DNA of 63,583 bases, taken from assembly GCA_028534125.1 (NCBI GenBank), contig CM052832.1, forward strand, positions 16,432,418 to 16,496,000, in the 5' to 3' direction. Source of the DNA: Lama glama. Its lineage: Eukaryota. Within the stretch, counting starts at the first letter, position 1. Each line of letters begins with the position of its first letter. Below the pieces are notes generated by a model that had not been told where the DNA came from, did no database searches, and saw only the letters and a program-made list of their open reading frames with translations. Shown one piece after another: positions 1-12,700 of the stretch. The translations under genes and the position numbers were made by a program.

Positions 1-3000
1 CCCCCCCAAGCCCTGTACATTAAGAGGAAAAGCCCTGTCCTCTTAATAATTCTGGTCATGATGAGCTTCGCATTGGGTAAGTGGCTCTAAGGGGTCAGAA
101 GGTTCTCCTAGCCTGCTGGATAGAGAAATCCACAGACACCAGGTGTCTGGGTACATCTGCCAAGGATGTTCAGGTAAACCTAGGCAGGAGGAAAGACGGG
201 ATGTGTGGGCTTGGTGGGATAATGCCTGCAGACTGATAATGGACTGATGTTTATTCTGAGGGAGATTTCTGGTAACTTCCCCAGGGATGTCTCACTCAAC
301 AGCAGTGACCTAAGTGGATATACTAAAGGGAACCTCTTCATAGCTGAGGACAATACAGAATAGGGAGGGTTGGACGAACATACCAGATGACAGCACTAGG
401 ATCCACCATGTAGAACAAGGCTGAATCCAACCTGATAACCTCATTTGGCTGCAAAGTACCATTTACACAGAAACAGGATTCAGTGTTTGCTCAGCATCTG
501 CTTCACACCAAGTGCTCTGCTGGGCCTGGGCCTGGGACCAGAGGAAGAGGGAGACGAATATGCATGTAATAGAGGAGGGCTTTGGTGGACAAAATTTAAT
601 GAGTTGGATCAATGAGAGGACCACCAAACAAAGAATGTGGCTGTGGGCTACTTGAAGTCTCTTGTCTACACAAAGCAGAGATTCTTCCTGTCCTGTGATG
701 GTCCACGCTGGTGTTTTCACTTCTGAATGTTACAGATTTAAGAAAGCATATTCAAGAGAATCTGGGAGTGCGGAGGAGTGTGGGGAACTGTGACACCAAG
801 TCACAGAGGAAGAACTGTCCTAACAGGGGTACCCAAAGTTGGAATGGGCTGACTTGGCCTAACCATTGAACTTAGAGGCTTGGAGAGTGCTGGACACATT
901 AGCCCCTCAAATACATGGTGAATGAATGAATGGATGGATGAGTTCCTCATTTCAGGAGGTATAATAGCAGAGAACGGTGGTTTTTAACAAGCACTAAGGC
1001 TTCTAATGGAAGATTTAGCCAGATGGTTTTAAAGAATTGGTAATTTTATGGTTTTTTGAGATGGGTAAGTGGGAGGGAACAGTGGGGTTGGCCAGCCTGG
1101 AAATTAGGTGGGTTTGAAATCAGTGCTTCTCTATGTTCTAGGTCAGCTCAATCTTAATGAACAAGAACCCCCTTATCTGCCTCAGTTAAACAAATACCTT
1201 CGCTGCTATCGATGCCTCTTGGAGACCAAGGAGTTGGGGTGCCTTCTGGGATCTGATATCTGCCTTGCCCCGCACGGCAGCAGCTGCATGACTCTGTTCA
1301 TAAAGAACAGTAAGCTGCTTTCCCCCTTCTGTCTTGGGCCCAGTCTGTTCCCAAACTGAGCCTCTACCAGCCTTCTAGGCTGTACCGCAAGTCTGGTTCC
1401 CACAGCTCTAAGATACTATTCCATCACTGTCTGTCTTTCCTTTCCTTTCGAGCCACTCCCTATCTCTACTTCCACTCTCCTTCCCTCCTCAGCTCACCCT
1501 CCTCATAGCACCCAGCCTTGTAGGGGACCCTCAAGATCACCAGATCCACAAGCCTTTCCTCGGGTTGCCTTCTCCCCATCTGTCAGCGTTCCTGCCAGCA
1601 TCAGTCTTCTCCATCTTCCACTGCTTCTTCCCAGTCTCCTTCATGAGTCTTGCCTTATTCTCCTTAACCCTTAACAGTTCATGTTCACCAAAGTTTGGTC
1701 CTTAGCTCTTTACTCTCCAAGAGGATTTTATCTTTCTTTGGCTCCACCTAGCAGCCATGTATGGCATCCTCCTAAATCTGAATGTTAGCCAAAACTGTCA
1801 TATCAAATTGCCCTCTAGACATCTCCACCTCATTTTCAACTTGCTGGAAATTGACTACATTCCCTTGTTCCTCATGCTTGCTCTTCTACCCGAATCCTCA
1901 CCTTTTTCAAGTTAATAAGCACATAACACAGACTATGTGCCCAGCACTGCTCTAAGCACTAAAAACCCTCCGAGGTAGACATTATTATCCCCATTTTACA
2001 GAGGAGGAAACAAAGGTGCAGAGCCTTGCACAAGTCTCCTAGAGGCTGAGCCACACAGTTTATGGTCGCTCCAGAGACGGTGTTCTTATCAACTGCTGTT
2101 CACAACTGCTTTCATTCAAATCCTTTCATGATACTTTTCAAACAGCTGATGCACAGATGTGGTTCTGTATCAGAGTATTCAGGGGTATCAAAGAGAAGTC
2201 TCCTTCCCACACCTGGCCCAATCCATTCAGCTCTCAAGCACAAACAGCAAAAAACTATTTAAAAATGTCTTTATTATCCTTTCTGTGATCTTTAATGCAC
2301 ATCCCACCTATACAAATATGCTGTTTACTCCTTTTCCCCTCTTTTTTTTTTCCTCCACAAAGAGTAGCATACTACTGTAAACACTGTTCTGCACTTGTTT
2401 TTTAAACTTAACAGTTATGGGAACTTGATGTTTCCATACCAGTTTGTAACTAGCTTCCTTGTTCTGCTGACCAGCCGCGTAGTATTCACAGCATGGGCAT
2501 GTCAGAGACAATTTATTCATCCCCCTACTGGACCTTTAGGTTGCTTCTAAGTTTTCACTCTCTTAAGCAGGGCAGCAATGACGATCCCTGGACATGGGCA
2601 CAAAGATTTCCCCCCTCCAGTAATATATATAACAGCAGCAGGAATATCCTCTTACTTTTGATCCATAAAATAAATGACAAACACCTCCCCTCTGCAATCT
2701 GACCTCCAATACATCTCCCAACTTTTTCTTACATGGTCCCATCCAAAGTGCTGGTTCTCCCCACTTCGCTCCACAAGTCCCAACTCACCCCATTCCAACT
2801 ATCACTGTATTTCAAATGGCCCTTTCTCACCAATCTTCGGTGGGAAACTTCTGAAGAGTTTATGGCTGGTGACTTCCTGGCGCACTCTGCCTCTGCCCAG
2901 TTCCAGGAATCTTTGCATTTGGGGGGGGGGTCCAGGGTAGGGTTTGAGGGCAGTGTGGTCAGTCCATGCAGAGTGAGGGGATGGGAGGGTTCGAGGCTTT

Positions 3001-3206
3001 GCCTGGAACTCCGTGTCACTGACTGCTGCCATCCCTCCCCAGACAGTGGTTCTGACATCATGGTGAGTGACTGCCGCCCTAAGGAGCAGATGAGTGATTG
3101 CTCGTACACCCGCACTTCTCCGGTGCTTGGCTTCTGGATATTTTCTCGATGCTGCTTCCGGAATTTCTGCAATAACCCTCAGAACAGAGAGCTCTATATT
3201 TCTTAG
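1..3206 (+). CDS. LY6G5C: Lymphocyte antigen 6 family member G5C (LU domain), 5'-partial
   Basis: Exons <1-76 (PPQALYIKRKSPVLLIILVMMSFAL-G, donor GTAAG), 1142-1309 (..KYLRCYRCLLETKELGCLLGSDIC..) and 3043-3206 (SGSDIMVSDCRPKEQMSDC..CCFRNFCNNPQNRELYIS*). Both introns are phase 1. Ly6/uPAR cysteine pattern; AATAAA at 3549-3554. The start codon lies before the window. Confidence 0.93.
1915..2080 (-). mobile_element. MIR SINE remnant
   Basis: MIR core CCCCATTTTACAGAGGAGGAAAC in LY6G5C intron 2. Confidence 0.65.
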
Positions 3207-4067
3207 AACTTCTGCGGAGACCTCTGGAGTAATATTCTGCCAATTTCCAGCCATCCCCCCAATTTCCACCCAGGGGCAGCTGGGACAATGCCTATCCCTG
3301 CCCACTAGCCCTCCCTGCCTCCCCCGAGTTACTGGACCCCAGCCCTATCTACTTCTTGGTTGACACCTTTGAACGTCCCTGTTTCCACTCTGCCCCTTCC
3401 CCAGGCTCCCTCTCCAGAATTTCCTTCAGTCCTGTCAGCTTTCCTCCTGTCTGCTCCCGCGTGGAAGCTGCTGCTTTGCCCTGATTTGCTCCTTCCCTTT
3501 TTCCCACCACAGGCCTCTCTTGTCCCAAGTCCCCAGCTGTTCCTGCAAAATAAATTGAGGTACTGAAGTATTTGGTTTGTCTCTCTTCTGGTGGAGGTGG
3601 AGGCTGAGGGAGGTGGTACTGCCTGATGGCCCCATCATGGGGCCCGTAAGGAGCTCCCAGCTCAGCAGAGCTATGCTCCCGCCCTGCCCCACTGTCTGTG
3701 ACTCAGCTCTTGGCACAAAGAGGTGAAGAGGGACTGGAAGCCATCCTCCAGGGAAGACAAGAAAGGCAGTGGGTGTCCTCAGAAGTGCCATCAGACCCAG
3801 AGCTATGGGTACTAGTGGGCAGGTCCATGGGGGTGTGTGGGTGGGAGTGGAGCTGTGGAAAAACCAGGCCAGGGAGGAGAAGGTGCGGAAGAAGTTTTGT
3901 GAAGAGATGTGAGGCCCAGTGGAGCCCTGGCCTCTGTGGTCTCAAGCTTAACATCCCTTATCAAGGACCACAGTAAGTTACTCAATTTCGTGCCTTGGAT
4001 TTCTCAGCCACTGAGGCTGTCTTCCAGTTTGACTCGCTAGAGCTGTGTAAACCTGGGCCTTTGCCTT

Positions 4068-4209
4068 TTTTTTTTTTTAACTTTTTTTTTTTAATAATAG
4101 CAATGTCAGTATTTTATTATTTTTTTAAATGGAGGTATTGGAGCTTGAACCCAGGACCTTGTGCATGCTAAGCATGCACTCTATCTCTGAGCTATATACT
4201 CCATCCCTG
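4068..4209 (-). mobile_element. tRNA-derived SINE (camelid Vic-1-like) with poly(A) tail and target-site duplication
   Basis: Minus strand reads TATAGCTCAGAGATAGAGTGCATGCTTAGCATGCACAAGGTCCTGGGTTCAAGCTCCAATACCTCC followed by an A-rich tail (A/B boxes of a tRNA-like head). Flanked by GGGCCTTTG(C/T)CTT at 4055-4067 and 4210-4222. Confidence 0.85.
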
Positions 4210-6172
4210 GGGCCTTTGTCTTATTTTGAAGTCAGAGGTCACAGGGAAAAGTGGGCCAGCAAGAGGGGGACAACTGGTTGGTACCTCTTTTCGTACCTCC
4301 AACTGCTTCCTGACCTAAAAGCAAACACTGGTGTCTCTCACCAGAGCACAGGCTGTTAAAGGGGCCATGAAGACCTGTTAACTTATGTGCAAAATGTTGT
4401 GTAATTTAGATGCTGCGTGACACCACTTCTGTTCAGCACACAGACAAAATTCATCTATGGCGGTGCGACTCAGGACAGTGGCTGCCCCTAAGAGCTGGCG
4501 GGGAGGGCAGAGGAGGTAGCTGTGTGAAGGCAGCTTTGGGTGCCGATAAAGGCCTTTATGCTAACTTGGGGAGTGGTAACACAGGCATGTATTTTACAAG
4601 AATCCATCTTTTGGTGTGCAAACTTCTGTATGGCCAAAAAGGTTTAAAACTATATAGGCCAAAATCTGTGTGTATGTTTGTCTCTAAGGCATGTGTCTAT
4701 TTCTGAGCCCCTAATTTCCATTTGTGTGCACATATTTACACTCATTCTCTCAATCTTATGAGGCACTATCCCTACTTGACAAATGACCCAAGTGAAGCAG
4801 AGACCAACTTACCCAAGTAGCAGAGGAGCTGGGATTTGGCCTCCTAGCCACAAAGCTGCACTACTATTCAGAAAAACGTTTCACAATCCCAGAACTGGGT
4901 TATAAAATTCAGAAGGGTGGATGCCTGGATGTACTCATCTTCAACTCCTGGTGCTTAACACCAGGCCTGGCTCAGAGCAGTGTGTTCAGTGTTTACTGAA
5001 TGTATGGGAAAGGATGAGTTATGAATATTCATTATTGCCCTCTGCATGCTTACAGTTTTTCAAAGCATTAAAATGAAAGATTCTACCACTGCAACCCCAC
5101 CTGTGTGCTCTCTGTACTTCCCCACAGAGGAGGTTCTAGGTGCCAGGATCCTGAAAACTGAGGATAGGCAGGAACGCAGGAACCTCAGCTCCAGGTGACT
5201 CTGAGATGCAGACCTGGGCCCTTTGGTTTGCTCTTGAGTTTCCCTGGTTGAGTTTTTCCTCCTTTCTTAGGTGGAAAAACCTGACATCACTCAGGTTTAA
5301 CTACCTAGGTTTTGTAGGGTATGTTTAAGGCTGGGAGGATTCACAAGGATACTCTGATCTCTTGCTGAGCAGAGGGCAGAATGGATGAGCGCTGTGTGGG
5401 ACGGACTACGAGGAAGCCACAATGGCTGAGTGGGCAGGGTGCTGCAACCCTGTTTGAACCCCACACCCAGTTAACTTTCTTTAACCTGTCTACACCTGCC
5501 CACACCTGAGCCTGACCCCATAAACCATGTGACACAGACTTAGCCCAGTTTGTTTATTGTGGAGGGAAACTGGGGAGTGTGGAGCAGAGGACAGAGCCGC
5601 TCCCCTCTCTGGGAACCTGTGGAAGCGGGTGCCAGGACTCAGTGACGTGAAGTGGAGCTGAGGAAGCCAGAGACGAAGATGAGATGAGAGAAAGCAGTAG
5701 GAGACCAGGTGGGAGTGAGGGTGGTAGAGACAGTGAGGTAGGAACGCCAGAGTACCAAGTCAGGAAATCTGCACAGAAGTCCATCCCTCACCCTTCTTGA
5801 TGCAAGTCCAGTCTGGCACAAGGTTTTAGAGAGAGTGTAAGAATGGAAGTGGGAAGTGACCAGACTGAGAGAGGATCAGGAAGACGAGAGGGGGATGACG
5901 GGAAAGGGATGAGGAAACCACTGTGACTCTCCTAGGGCAGCCTAGGCATTACCCACCTTTGAGACTGTTTTCTAGATGGACAAAGGGCAGTGGGTGCAGT
6001 GCCAACTGCTTTCTGGGGAGGAAACTAAACTAAAACAGACATGAAGTACAGAGGAAAAGAGGCCCGAGAACTCACAGACCAGAGAATGTGGTCTTCTGAG
6101 AGGGCAGTGAAGGATGCTCGGGTGTTTGGGGAGAGATGCCGGATTAGAGTGGAATCCAGGAAGGGTAAGATG

Positions 6173-7173
6173 TCAGGGCTCAGCCTGGGGAAGAACTAAA
6201 AGTCCTGAATTGTTGAGGAACAAGTATATGCGGCGCAGCTCAGCAATGGACAAGCTCAGGTTCAGGGCTGGGGCGGCCAGGGGGTCCAGGCCTTCAGGCT
6301 CCTTCTCAGCATGGAAGCTGGGTAGGGGCAGTGAGAGGTTCAGGGCCTGGTAGAACCACTGGATCTGGGACTCAGACAGGGGCTGGGGCAGGGACCCGTC
6401 AGTGGGCTCAGGCAGGGAGCCCTGGACCTGGGGGCTGGACCAGGAGTTGCAGTAGTTGTACTGGCAGCACTCAGCCTGGTACCAGTACTCTGGGAAGTAG
6501 GTGGAGCGTTTTTCTTGGCAGCGGTAAGAATTATACTGTCCACAGCCTCGGATGAAGAAGCGAACCTTGGTCTCTAAAGGGGAGGGGACAGCTAATGACC
6601 CCTGCTGCCTCCCACAGTCCCCAAACCTGGCACCCCTTTCACAGGCTCTCTCCATCCCTCACCCAGACCCAATTCCTATCCCAGACTCCTTTAGAAGGAG
6701 CCAGAAAAATTAGCTTAACTGGCTCCCAGAATCCCAGACACCTCCACTTCCCTGTCTTATACCTCAGGCCCCAAGCAGCCCTCATCTATGAGACCAAGCC
6801 ATAGGCTGTCCTGCTAGTATTCCCTTCCTGGGACTTGACTCACCATAATAGATGGTGATCACCATGCATGGGGATGCACTGCTGACAGTGCACTTCTCCG
6901 AGCCTGAAATGCATCCTACAGAAGGATCTTCCAAGAGGCAGAGGTGGCAGGTCCGGAGTTCAGGAACAGGAGCTGGGGAAACAGACAGGAGGGATGGGGG
7001 TGTTGACCCACTCCAAGTTCCCTGCCCTGCAGGGAGCCAGCACATCCAGTGCCACAGCCCACCCCCCTGCCTGGACTTAATCTTTCCTCCCTCCCTGCCC
7101 CTGGGCCCCACTTACCCTTTCCCACTGTGAATCCCACCATGACCAGCACACCTACAAGCATATGGGCCTTCAT
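6173..7173 (-). CDS. LY6G5B: Lymphocyte antigen 6 family member G5B, 195 aa
   Basis: Exons 7173-7116 (signal peptide MKAHMLVGVLVMVGFTVGK), 6972-6844 and 6573-6173. Ten-Cys LU domain ending CCQYNYCN, followed by a C-terminal extension; 588 nt in frame. Minus-strand AATAAA at 5553-5558. Confidence 0.95.
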
Positions 7174-8203
7174 TATGGAATTCTGGGGAGAAGGGCAGTC
7201 CATGAGGGGTGACCTGAAACCCCACCTTCCTGTGACCATACCCCTTGAGCCTGAGCTGCAGGGTGGTTTTGACAAAGCAGAATTTGGGTAGGAGCTACCG
7301 TAGGTACAGAGCTTTATTTCCGCCTGGGGCAGGATCCTGGCTGGAGGAGGAAGCTATTAACTTGGCAGGAGGGACAGCATGTCCTCACCCACAAGGTCTG
7401 GTTCCTGAATGTAGGGGCAGTCGCCCAGACAGGGGCAATACCTGGGCCCCAGTCCAGCAGTTTACCTTTGTCCTGCCTGCCCCTCACAGATCTACTCCCG
7501 CCCCTCAAGGATGCATGGATTAGTTTCTGCCTCTGGCACAACGTGCTATCCTCTCTACACAACAGAGCCAGTCCCTATTGCGCTGGGAGAAACTTTGGCC
7601 AGCAACCCAGTGACCCCATCCTTCTGAGATGAGGTCTCAGCTCTCCCAGTAGAGGGCGCATGGACACCACAAAGCAGCAATTATGGACCTGTCCCTCCTC
7701 TCCCCACCCCCTACAGTTGTCTGTTTTGGGAAACCACTTTCCCTGTAAAACCCAAACTGAAGTGTTGATTACATCCCTTAGAGTATAAACAGACAGCCAT
7801 AGGTGACCCAAAAAGAACAAATTATCTCTCTAGCCTTTGAAATCTGACTTTTCTCTGAGTCTTTCCCTTGTGATCTTTGCACATCCCCACATCCAGTCCT
7901 AGGAACTTTGCTCTACTAATAAAAACATCATCCAAATCCACTGGGCACAAATCTGTGCTGGTTTTCAATTTGAGGAGGGTGAGCTGGGCCAGGAGGGCTC
8001 CTGGGGTCCAGCACACCATTACCCTCCCTTTCCCAACCCCAAGCACCAGCAGACCAGCCCACGGCCTTTTCTTCCACTTTATTTCATATTCCCACCACAA
8101 TAATGACTCCTTTAATTTAAACTAAAAACCATAGAGGGTTCCTGAAAGGGTGGCAGCAAAGGAATGAAAGTGTCAAAGACTGAGGGACAGGTAGGGTGGG
8201 GAA

Positions 8204-11200
8204 TCAGCGAATCGTCTTGACTGGGCTCTTGAAGTTGCTGGCGGCTTGGAGCTGCAGCTGGTAGGCCATCGGATGGATCTTGAAACCGTAGAGCCTGGTT
8301 TGGGGCAGAGGTCAGAGAGGCAGCAGGGTGAGCCCCATCTTGGCCCTGTCAATGGCCTGCCTTCCCGCCTCCCTATCCCAGCTCCTTTATGGGCCTGTTC
8401 AGCACTTAAGGGCAGTGGTTCCCAAACTTATTCCCTCAAGAATATTGAAAATGTGCTTTAAATATCTGTTAAAACTCAGTATACATACATAGGTGTGTGT
8501 ATGCACACGTGTCTACGTATGTGTCTATGTGTACACGTCAGTACTTGTTTCAAAACTATTTCAGTACTATTCAGCTTTCAAACCTGGACTTCCCTTCTCT
8601 ACACCAGAGTAAAAATGATGCTCCAGGAAGATAAACCACACTTGAACAGTGGCTCTGAGGATTTCCTGGCAGGTTGAGGGCAGATGGCGACAAGGACGGC
8701 TTTTCAACTGCCAAACGTTACTCTAAGCAATTCACACATTTAAAAATATGCTGTTGGGCAGGTATTGCCATCATCCCCATTTTATGGATAAGGAGACTGA
8801 GACATAGATAATCAAACAACTTTCCCATGGTCACTCAGCAGGGAAAAGCCATGGCTCTGGGAGAAGTAGGCCTCAAGAAAGGACCATGCCCTGTACTTGT
8901 TCACCCTTCTTTCTTGCTTTTGACCCTTGGTGACTCTGTCCCTGCTCCCCACCTGGGCACAAACTGGTTGGCGGGCCGCTTGGGCCGGTACTCGGGGTGC
9001 ACCATGAAGAGCATGTGAGGGAAACCGGTGCCGAAGTAGGCGCCGTCCGTGTGGTGGTGCCTCGATGACTTGGGTGTGTACACGTCCATGCACTTGGGGC
9101 AGTAGAGCTTCACCATGGCCTCACCTGGGATGTCCGAAAGGCCTGGGAGACAGCCAGACTCAGCAGGCCAGGCAACCCCAAGCCTGCCCAACCTCCCTCC
9201 CGGACTCAGCCCCAACTCCTTCCCAGTGGACCTGCCATTTTACACGGCCCTCCTTTCCCTTTTCCAACACTCACCGATGGGAAGCATTGGCTGGTTCTCA
9301 CAGTACACACGGGGACAGTAGCCAAAGTCTCCCTGCTGGTACTTTTCCAACTGAAGTGAACAAAATGGAAGGGGTTGGTGGGTAGGTGCGAAGTGAAGAA
9401 GCAATTCCCCTCCTTGGCCCAACCCAAATCACTCTGTCCCCAACTCCTCCTGCCTCTCTCTGTCCAGAGGCCCCTTCTGTGGCTTAGATGGGCCCTTGGA
9501 CTCCTCTGCTTCCTTTCCTCCAGTTACACAGGCTGCAGACCATCAGAGCCATTCGCTGCTTGTTCCCTGAGGAAGAGGCAGTCTACAATTTCCTGCCCGA
9601 GGTCACATCTCCCTCCCTGTAAACACCCCCTTCAGCACAACCCTCAATCAGGTTTTAACCCCCAGGCCCAGGGGTTCTTTCTCTCTTCTCAGCTAGATTC
9701 CTTGACAAGGCTGAAACAAGTGACTTCTTGCTGCAGGAATCTGTTTCCCTTGTTGCCTCCGAAGGAGTCAAGTGGGAGTAGAGAGGCCTCACCATCTGGG
9801 CAATGCCACGGTTGGTGAGGATGTAGCGGGCGTGGATCAATCCATAGAGCATTTCGGCTGCCTGCTCAATCAGGTCGCTCTGGTTGGGGTTGTCTTCCAG
9901 CTCCTCATCTGCAATATGGCCCAGGCTGAATGCAACCACTTGTCTGACAAGCTTTTTTAGGTGCCCTGCCCACCCCCAGGGGCTGCTGGCTACTCAGTTA
10001 GCCCAGCATCCAACTCAGAGCCTCACCCACCCACAGCCCGGGCATTTGACCCAGAAACCTGGGCCTCTGACCCTTCCACCCACCCAAGGCAACTGTGCCT
10101 TCTCTCCGCCCCTCTCGGCTTCTGCTCCCTTCTCTCCCTCACAACTCCCTTCTCAACACATAAATACAAAGATGCCAACACAAAAGATAGACTCTAGACT
10201 GAAAGGTGCCAGCCAGGAGAGACAGAAAATCAGACCCATGGGGAAACTGGTATTATGGAAGACAGCTGAGTTATAGGATCAGAGTGTGGGAACAAGTGGT
10301 GTAAGTCATAACACTCAACAATCAAGTGGGGAATCAAAATGGAAGTAGAGAATTTGGGGTTAACTGGATCAGAGAACCAAAAGGAAATTTAGAAATTCAA
10401 AAAGCAGGTAAACAGAATTTGAAGAGGAAAAGAAGCATAGACACACAAAACAACCCTGAAGGTATCTCACCAGGCTCCAGGTCCAAGATCATGTCTAGAG
10501 CTTGTCGATAGTGAGGCACCTGCTCATTGAGTCCAGTGAGATTGAATTTGTCCTGGATGTAGTCTTCATCCACCTGTCAGGACACGGAAGTCAAGAGGAA
10601 TCCACAGCAGAATCCTCAGCTTTGACCTAGGCAAGTTGCCCTAACTGATGCCTTATCCTCAACACAACTGCTCCTGTTCCCTTTGATCACCACTCCCAAC
10701 TCAGCAGAAGCACCTGAGTCTCCATTCCCAGTCCACGTATACCACCCATGAAACCTTTGGCTTTTCTTTTTTAAGGATAAACAAGTATAGCAATCCCCTC
10801 CTTAGAGAGACATTCCTTTCAAGACCCCTGTCCCTCTTCCTGCTCCCCATCTCCAGGTCTCAGTTTTGGCCTCCTCTTAGGGGCAGCTGGCTCTCTGAGG
10901 AAGGTGGAGGCTGAACAGCTTGGGTTCTGAAGGCAATTACAATCCCTTATGTTAACACACAGCTTTACATGTTACCAAGCATTTTAACATGCAGTATTTT
11001 ATTTCTCCAAAGACAGGTTCTACTAGTACCACATAAAAAAGAAAACACACGGGTTGACATGGCCAACATTATATTGCTGGAGGATGGCAGGGTTGACTTG
11101 AGGCCCCAGTCTTGCCCATTCACCACAAGTTAGCGAGGGGGTTACTGAGGAGACTCTTCCTTAACAAGAAAGTTTCTATGGAAGCATGTGAGAGAAGTGT

Positions 11201-11348
11201 GTGGAAACTGAATAAATGGGAGAATATCTGGCCAGATTATACGTGGAGATGGGTAGGGAGATTGAGGAGAACTCACTTCACAGAAGAATTCATTGCCACG
11301 GAGCCCACAGAACCAGGAAATCCAGGACACCTCCTCTGAGCTGCTCAT
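8204..11348 (-). CDS. CSNK2B: Casein kinase II subunit beta, 215 aa
   Basis: Coding exons 11348-11277, 10573-10471, 9908-9793, 9350-9275, 9142-8953 and 8294-8204 (648 nt). Protein runs [24 protein letters not shown]...CPRVYC...CPKC...SPVKTIR*. Non-coding exon 1 ends at 11958; minus-strand AATAAA at 8078-8083. Confidence 0.99.
8700..8850 (-). mobile_element. MIR SINE remnant
   Basis: CATCCCCATTTTATGGATAAGGAGACTGAG core in the last CSNK2B intron. Confidence 0.6.
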
Positions 11349-11899
11349 CTTCACGTCAGCTAGAAAAAGAAGTGTAAACCTAAGATCTCCCTTCCTGCCT
11401 CTGGTATCCTCCCTCCTCCCACACTTTGCCTTCCAACCGCGGAAGAATTTGGGGCCACCCTTTTTTAAAGGATCCCAGGCTGCAGCACGTCTCTGTACAT
11501 CGTCTTATTCACATCTCAGGCCCTTTTCTCTCACTGAGATTAAGGAATTCTTTAGGGTCCTACCACTTGGAAGAAACCGGCAGCCACCAGTCCTACCCAC
11601 ATCCCTGACGCTCCCGAAGGCCAGGCCTGTCTCCTCTGTGTCAACTCCGGCAGGGCCCCGCGGCTCAGGCTGCCTACCCCCGCAGGTCTCCCCGTGTCCC
11701 TGGCCCCACTCCCAAGCGTTTCAAAGTTTATCCTTTCCAAACAAGGGCTAGGCCCCTCCTCTTCTCAAGGCCTGGCAATGGCCGTCAGGTCCCTTTCACA
11801 GGAGTCCCCACATCCCGCCTCCACACTTCAGGCCACCCCTCCCTCCCTCGGTGCCGGACCAGGTCACTTCCTTCCCCACCCCCACATCAAGGCGCCGAG

Positions 11900-12700
11900 A
11901 CCCCATGTGCCGCGCCTAGGGACAGGAGACACCGAGCGGCGACGACCCCAGACTCACCGGCTGAACGGGGACCGGGACCGGGGGGCGGGGAGGGGAGGGG
12001 AGTTTCTACTTCCAAGGAACCGCGGCGACCGCTACAACGCAGGCCGCGGATCCAACCGCGGCAGGCGAAGTGGGGTGGGGGGAGTGGAAACTGGGGAGGG
12101 TGGGGAAGAGGGCAACGCGCAAGCGCCTAGAGTCGGGAGCCGCCGTGGACGCCGGGAGATGGAGTCTCCGGTGGGGAGAAACTGGCGAAACTAGAGAAAG
12201 ACGAACTACGAACCCCAGGACAACCCGCGCACGACCCTGGTGTCGCGAGGCCCCTGAGGGACACGCTCGGGGGCGGGGCGCAGAGAGGCTCTAGGAGTCG
12301 CCACCGGAAGCGGAAGCTCAGTAGCGTGTTCTGGGCCGGGGAGCCTGAGAAATAACAACCCTGTGATCCTCGGACCCTGGAGCCGAGAGGGGGCGGGGAA
12401 AGGAACGAGGCTGGCTGAATCGTTTCCAGCCGTTCCCCTAATACAGCGTGCCTCAGGTCCCGACGCGATCCTGCTACTGAGGGCATCGACCTCATCCCTT
12501 GCCAACCAGCCGGGTCCTTATCGCCTGTCGAGCCCCTTGCCCGAGTCAGCCTGCCAGTGGAGACCCCTGACGAGGCCCATGTTTCACCCCGGGGTTCGGC
12601 CTCCTGAGGTGGGAGGTGAGGCTGGATTCCGTGTTGAGGGACTTGGGTAGGGTGTACTGGGTTGAGCTGAGCGGTGTGAGAACCGGGACGTCCCAGTGCG
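11900..12700. promoter_or_regulatory. CpG-island bidirectional promoter CSNK2B/GPANK1
   Basis: CpG-rich stretch between head-to-head genes, with tandem ETS/GABP sites CCGGAAGCGGAAG at 12304-12316 and GC boxes (GGGGCGGGG). Confidence 0.75.

Noticed and set aside
2733..3042. Long ORF upstream of LY6G5C exon 3 and overlapping antisense ORFs (147-167 aa)
   Set aside because: Intronic run-on into a real exon or antisense shadows, with no recognisable protein features
4129..4209. tRNA gene
   Set aside because: Has an A-rich tail and TSD and no clean cloverleaf acceptor stem, so it is a SINE
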